A stretch of DNA of 22,434 bases from an uncultured delta proteobacterium (GTDB taxonomy: Bacteria > Myxococcota_A > Polyangia > Fen-1088), in assembly GCA_963796685.1 (NCBI GenBank), contig CAWCMR010000002.1, positions 1-22,434 on the forward strand, given 5' to 3'. Under the pieces are notes generated by a model, which saw only the letters and a program-made list of their open reading frames with translations, was not told the DNA's origin and made no database searches. Positions 18,601-22,434 of the stretch are shown here, piece by piece. The translations under genes and the position numbers were made by a program. The first letter of the stretch is position 1, and each line of letters starts with the position of its first letter.

Positions 18601-18944
18601 TACGGCCGCAGCTCGCGGTGCAGATCGGGCTCGTAGCGCAGCGGGAGTCTTTCGGCCGATTCCTCGAGGAAGAAATCGAATGGGTTGATGGCGACGAGAT
18701 CCGCGACCAGATCCACGGTGATGTCGATGCGGGTGGCGGGCTCGGTGAACACCAGTCGTGCCTGGAAATTGCCGAACGGATCTTGCTGCCAGTTCAGGAA
18801 ATGGCTGTCGGGCGCCACCAGCAAGGAGTACGACTCGATGAAGGTCCGGGTGTGGGGAGCCGGTCGCAAGCGCACCACGTGCGGAGAAAGAGAAACCGGC
18901 CGGTCGTAGCCATAGTGGGTGGAGTGGTGCAGGGAGACGCGCAC
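15645..18944 (-). CDS. Transglutaminase domain + DUF2126 (putative amidoligase) protein (1099 aa)
   Basis: GSCRDFAW, DLHAWTEV and GLDATSG triad motifs; MGGEPTFVS, GKWYPGE, TPDPGVLEVN, GTGGGNHITLGG and GNTHRAEFCIDK motifs typical of DUF2126. Confidence 0.92.
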   Translation of the reverse strand: MRVSLHHSTHYGYDRPVSLSPHVVRLRPAPHTRTFIESYSLLVAPDSHFLNWQQDPFGNFQARLVFTEPATRIDITVDLVADLVAINPFDFFLEESAERLPLRYEPDLHRELRPYLDPVPVEARLANLVELCRTSYARDGRRTMDVLVDINQHIQRLLKYDIRMEPGVFSPEKTLTLGHGSCRDFAWLQCQVLRHLGFATRFASGYSIQLKPDEKPVQGPAGVAQDVADLHAWTEVFLPGAGWIGLDATSGLMAGEGHIPLACTPEPGSAAPVTGSYSWQKRSDDDKVEETFSFTMSVARVAEAPRSTKPYSEEVWSKIDGVGHDVDRVLEAEDVRLSMGGEPTFVSSDEPDASEWNTAAVGGSKFRLADTLARRLRYQFAPGGVLHHGQGKWYPGEVLPRWSIGCYYRTDGVPIWDNADLLTPESGQHQPLGGHEAEVFVAELAKRLGVETKHLLPGHEDVFYYLWRERTLPVNVDPRDSRLESELERKRLARLFERGLGAVVGYALPLVRDAEAGWRSGPWHLRREHLFLLPGDSPMGLRLPLDSLPWVAPDEREVVADPDPLAERPTLPARVLLQAAPSTLEKGGEVPPDKGASATGLARTALCVEPRQGVLNVFLPPLTTLEAYLELVSAVEGTAEALAQPVRLEGYPPLSDPRLMKFELTPDPGVLEVNVQPTTSWRSLGELTTVLYEHARQVGLATEKFDLDGRHSGTGGGNHITLGGRTPADSPLLRRPDLLRSLLGYWNNHPSLSYLFSSAFIGPTSQAPRVDEARQDALAELELAFRQVEPGKACAPWLVDRLFRHLLIDVTGNTHRAEFCIDKLYNPEVASGRQGILELRNFEMPPHARMSLAQQLLVRALVAMVWRTPYRHRLVRWGTALHDRFMLPHFVREDLHDVVADLVTAGFGFEEDWFRPHFEFRFPFIGRVQVRSIEVELRRALEPWHVLGEQGAAGGTARYVDSSLERLQVQARNLTDGRHVILCNGRPLPMTSTGTPGEFVAGVRFRAWQPPECLHPNIGVHAPLVFDVFDTWSGRAVGGCTYHVSHPGGLSFDTRPSNALVAESRRKARFQPFGHRPGPGSVKEESPHPLFPLTLDLRR

Positions 18945-19139
18945 AGTCCCAAGCTAACCTCGCCTTGGTTTCCGGACTGTTTCCAGCGGGTATGTTCGCG
19001 CCACAACTGCACGAAAGCCGTCACGCGCCAGATCGGGGATGGAACCGGGAAGTAACGATTTACCGATTCTTCGCTGTGGCGAAACACCCGCGCAATGTAC
19101 GCGCGCTAGGATAATCAGGAGCCATTAGGTCTAAATTCA

Positions 19140-20594
19140 ATGACGACGCCCTTTCTGGATGAGATGTACGGCCCCTGCTCGCTGGAAGACTTCGACCAGC
19201 AACGCGAAAAGGGCCACGTGCGCGCCCCCTACCGGCCTATCGACGAATGGTTGCGCTCGACCGACAGGGCCGTGTTCGCCAGCAAGCGCGAGGAGGCGGA
19301 TCTCATCTTCCGCCGCGTGGGCATCACTTTCAACGTCTACGGCGATCAGGCCGGCACGGAAAGGCTGATTCCCTTCGACATCATTCCCCGCGTGCTCTCC
19401 GCCCTCGAGTGGGAGCGCCTGGCCGCGGGTCTCGTGCAGCGGGTGAAGGCGCTGAACATGTTCCTGCACGATATCTACCACGGGCAAGAGGTGGTTCGCG
19501 CGGGCGTGGTTCCCGAGGCGCATCTTTTGCGCAATTCGCTGTTCCGGCCCGAAATGAAGGGCGTGGACCTTCCCGGCGGCGTCTACGTGCACATCGCCGG
19601 CATCGATATCGTGCGCGTCGAGGAAGGCACCTTCTACGTGCTGGAGGACAACCTGCGCACGCCGTCCGGGGTTTCGTACATGCTGCAGAACCGGGCGGTG
19701 ATGATGCGGCTGTTCCCCCAAGTCTTCGCCAAGGCCCACGTCGCGCCGGTGGATCACTATTCGCAAGAGTTGCTGCGCAGTCTCCGCTCGGTGGCGCCGG
19801 CCACCACCGAGGGCGAGCCCACCGTGGTGGTCATGACACCGGGGCCCCACAACAGCGCCTATTTCGAGCACACCTTCCTGGCCGAGCAGATGGGCGTGGA
19901 GCTGGCCGAGGGCCAGGACCTCTTCGTGCGCGACAACGCGGTCTACATGCGAACCACCCAGGGGCCGCGCCGGGTGGACGTCATCTATCGCCGCATCGAC
20001 GACGATAGCCTGGATCCCCTCGCCTTCCGCCCCGACAGCATGCTGGGCGTGCCGGGTCTGCTCAGCGTGTACCGCAACGGCGGCGTCACCCTGGCCAACG
20101 CCATCGGAACCGGCGTGGCCGACGACAAGTCGAGCTATCCCTACGTGCCCGACCTGATCCAATTCTACCTGGGCGAGACGCCGATTCTCGGCAATGTCCC
20201 CACCTATCGCTGCTCCCTCGACAGCGATCGCGCCTATGTCCTGGAACACCTTCCCGAGCTAGTCATCAAGCAGACCCAGGGCTCGGGCGGCTACGGCATG
20301 CTCATCGGGCCGCGCAGCACGCGCGAGGAGCAGGCCAAGTTCCGCGAGCTCATCTCTGCCCATCCCGAGGGCTACATCGCCCAGCCGACGCTGGCGCTTT
20401 CGTCGTGCCCGACCTTCGTGGACGAAGGCATCGCCCCGCGACACATCGATTTGCGGCCCTTCATCTTGACCGGCCTGCACGGCAGCGTGGTGGTGCCGGG
20501 CGGGCTGACCCGCGTGGCCCTGACCCGCGGGTCGCTGGTGGTCAACTCTTCGCAAGGTGGTGGAACGAAGGACACCTGGGTGCTGCGCACCTGA
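19140..20594 (+). CDS. Circularly permuted type 2 ATP-grasp protein (484 aa)
   Basis: GITFNVYG, ERLIPFDIIPR, VLEDNLRTPSGVSYM, SAYFEH, GSGGYGMLIGP and VVNSSQGGGTKDTWV motifs. Confidence 0.95.
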   Translation: MTTPFLDEMYGPCSLEDFDQQREKGHVRAPYRPIDEWLRSTDRAVFASKREEADLIFRRVGITFNVYGDQAGTERLIPFDIIPRVLSALEWERLAAGLVQRVKALNMFLHDIYHGQEVVRAGVVPEAHLLRNSLFRPEMKGVDLPGGVYVHIAGIDIVRVEEGTFYVLEDNLRTPSGVSYMLQNRAVMMRLFPQVFAKAHVAPVDHYSQELLRSLRSVAPATTEGEPTVVVMTPGPHNSAYFEHTFLAEQMGVELAEGQDLFVRDNAVYMRTTQGPRRVDVIYRRIDDDSLDPLAFRPDSMLGVPGLLSVYRNGGVTLANAIGTGVADDKSSYPYVPDLIQFYLGETPILGNVPTYRCSLDSDRAYVLEHLPELVIKQTQGSGGYGMLIGPRSTREEQAKFRELISAHPEGYIAQPTLALSSCPTFVDEGIAPRHIDLRPFILTGLHGSVVVPGGLTRVALTRGSLVVNSSQGGGTKDTWVLRT

Positions 20595-20613
20595 ACGGGA
20601 AACGAACATGGTC

Positions 20614-21552
20614 ATGCTCAGTCGAACCGCCGAAAACTTGTACTGGACAGGACGCTACATCGAACGCGCCGAGAACCTGGCCCGCGTGCTCGACGTCAGC
20701 CACCGCAATGCCCTGCTCGACCTGCCCGGCTCGTCCGCCGAATCCGAGTGGAAGGACGCCCTGGCCAGCCTCGGCAGCCCGCCCCAGTTCGCCGAGCACG
20801 AGCACAAGCTGGATGAGGCCCACGTCACGCGCTTTTTCACCGTCGACACCGATAGCCCGTGCAGCATCAAGTTCTGCGTACGCGCTGCCCGGGAAAACGC
20901 ACGCGCTTTGCGCACGGTGATCTCGACCGAGATGTGGGAGAGCATCAACACCACGTGGTTGGCGGTGCGCGACTTGGACGAAGCGGGTCTGCGCACCCGC
21001 GGTCTGCGCGAGTTTTTGGATTGGGTCAAGGATCGCTCGCACCTGTTCCGGGGCATTTCGCACAGCACGACCTTGCACAACGACGCCTTTCACTTTCTGC
21101 GCCTGGGGACCTTCCTCGAACGCGCGGACAGCACGGCAAGGCTGCTCGACACCAAGTACCAATCGCTGGCCGGCATGGACGCCGAGGCATCCGGGACGAT
21201 CTACTACGCGTGGGGGGCGGTCTTGCGCCAGGCCAGCGCCTTTCGCGCCTACCACCAGACCTACCACGATGTCATCACGCCCCCGCGGGTCGCGGAGCTG
21301 CTGATCATGCGGCTGGAAATGCCGCGCAGTCTGCGCTTCTGTGCTAGCCAGGTGGTCGAGCACCTGGACGCGCTGGCCGGCACCCGCGATTTGGAAGCCC
21401 AGCGGCTGGCCGGCGAGCTGCACGCGCGGCTGCGCTTTGCCCGCATCGATCGCGTGCTCAGCCGCGGCATCCACGATTTTCTCGCCGAAATCATCCGACG
21501 TCTCGCCGAGCTGTCGGCGCAAATGGCCCAAGACTTCCTCATGACGGTTTGA
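20614..21552 (+). CDS. Alpha-E domain protein (DUF403)
   Basis: MLSRTAENLYWTGRYIERAEN and FLRLGTFLERADSTAR motifs, MPRSL; start at ATG20614 or 20608. Confidence 0.92.
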   Translation: MLSRTAENLYWTGRYIERAENLARVLDVSHRNALLDLPGSSAESEWKDALASLGSPPQFAEHEHKLDEAHVTRFFTVDTDSPCSIKFCVRAARENARALRTVISTEMWESINTTWLAVRDLDEAGLRTRGLREFLDWVKDRSHLFRGISHSTTLHNDAFHFLRLGTFLERADSTARLLDTKYQSLAGMDAEASGTIYYAWGAVLRQASAFRAYHQTYHDVITPPRVAELLIMRLEMPRSLRFCASQVVEHLDALAGTRDLEAQRLAGELHARLRFARIDRVLSRGIHDFLAEIIRRLAELSAQMAQDFLMTV

Positions 21553-21565
21553 AGGGGGTTCTCTC

Positions 21566-22434
21566 ATGCGACTATCCATCATCCACGAAACCAAGTACCG
21601 CTACACCAGCCCGGCCAACTACACGATCCAGTATCTGCGCCTATCGCCGCAATCGACGCTTCAGCAAAAGGTTCTCAGTTGGCGCCTGGACTTGCCCGGA
21701 CCCGCCCGGCCCTTCGTCGACGGCTTCGGCAACGCCGCCCACGTCCTGGTCATCGACAAGCCCCATCAAGAAATACGCATTCGCGCACGAGGCGAGGTCG
21801 AGGTGGCCGACGCGCCCTTGACCCTACCCGACAGTGGCCCGCACCGGCCGGACCTGTACATGCGTTCCACCGAGCTGACCGCCCAAGACCAGGCGCTGCT
21901 CGAGTTCACCGAGGCCTTCCGCCGTCAGACCGCGAACAGCGGCACAGCCGCCCTCGAGTCGCTCATGCTGGCCGTGCGCGAAAGGGTCGACTACCAACCG
22001 GGCGTGACCCACGTGAAGACGTCCGCCGCCCAGGCCTTCGCCCGCGGCGCCGGCGTTTGCCAGGATCACGCCCATGTCTTCGTTTCCTGTTGCCGACAAC
22101 TGAGCATCCCCGCCCGCTACGTCAGCGGCTATCTGGCCCCCGAGGGCGTGCCGACCAACGGAAACGGAACGGAGTCCGAGATGGCCAGCCATGCCTGGGC
22201 CGAGGCGTGGATCGACGGCCTGGGTTGGCAGGGTTTCGACGTGGCCAATCGGGTGCGCGCGCACGGGCGGCACGTGCGCCTGGCGGTCGGCCTCGACTAC
22301 CTGGACGCGTGTCCCGTGCGCGGGTTCCACCGCGGGGGCAGCGGAGAATCCCTGGGCGTGGAGGTTCACGTCGACGAAACCCTCTACCGACAAAAGGACA
22401 ACGCGGGCTCCGACGACGGCGCCGCTCAGCAGTA
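21566..22434 (+). CDS. Transglutaminase-like protein (absent from the ORF track; the window ends in a probable stop codon)
   Basis: Hand translation from ATG21566: MRLSIIHETKYRY...GVCQDHAH...ARYVSGY...ASHAWAE...GFDVAN...LAVGLDYLDACPVRG...GAAQQ, then TA at the window edge. Confidence 0.9.
   Translation, partial: MRLSIIHETKYRYTSPANYTIQYLRLSPQSTLQQKVLSWRLDLPGPARPFVDGFGNAAHVLVIDKPHQEIRIRARGEVEVADAPLTLPDSGPHRPDLYMRSTELTAQDQALLEFTEAFRRQTANSGTAALESLMLAVRERVDYQPGVTHVKTSAAQAFARGAGVCQDHAHVFVSCCRQLSIPARYVSGYLAPEGVPTNGNGTESEMASHAWAEAWIDGLGWQGFDVANRVRAHGRHVRLAVGLDYLDACPVRGFHRGGSGESLGVEVHVDETLYRQKDNAGSDDGAAQQ

Noticed and set aside
19077-19091. Sigma54 promoter for the rightward ATP-grasp operon
   Set aside because: GG-N10-GC spacing is present, but the TTGC and GGCAC consensus bases are missing.
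13141-20249. Long overlapping ORFs (13141-14112, 13745-15559, 15600-17531, 16165-17880, 17568-19055, 19137-20249)
   Set aside because: Shadow frames of well-supported high-GC genes, with no recognisable motifs.
1-22434. Integron integrase, tRNA or rRNA genes
   Set aside because: No tyrosine-recombinase motifs in any ORF and no recognisable structural RNA; whether this is a complete integron or a CALIN cannot be decided from this window.

Overview
GC-rich bacterial window, probably Myxococcota; this is inferred from Myxococcus-type Cys-rich repeats and Cys-rich lipoproteins. Positions 1 to ~10.1 kb hold an integron-type gene-cassette array. It has five intact attC sites (343-413, 3929-4033, 6211-6315, 7214-7284, 7929-8002), then two left-half-only sites, one site with a GTT>GCT core mutation and one degenerate or possibly inverted site. 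No intI or attI is visible in the window. Most cassettes encode unknown, often Cys-rich lipoproteins. One cassette is present twice, with identity ending exactly at the GTT core. One cassette gene is split by two non-identical ISL3 copies in head-to-tail order, and an IS4-family element without target duplication joins two truncated cassettes. From ~10.2 kb to the end lie a hypothetical exported protein, a REP-like palindrome, an MBL-fold hydrolase and two divergent operons of the circularly permuted ATP-grasp / alpha-E / transglutaminase (plus DUF2126) predicted peptide-ligation system. Several 1-bp deletions may be sequencing errors. All family calls come from motif recognition by eye, with no database searches.
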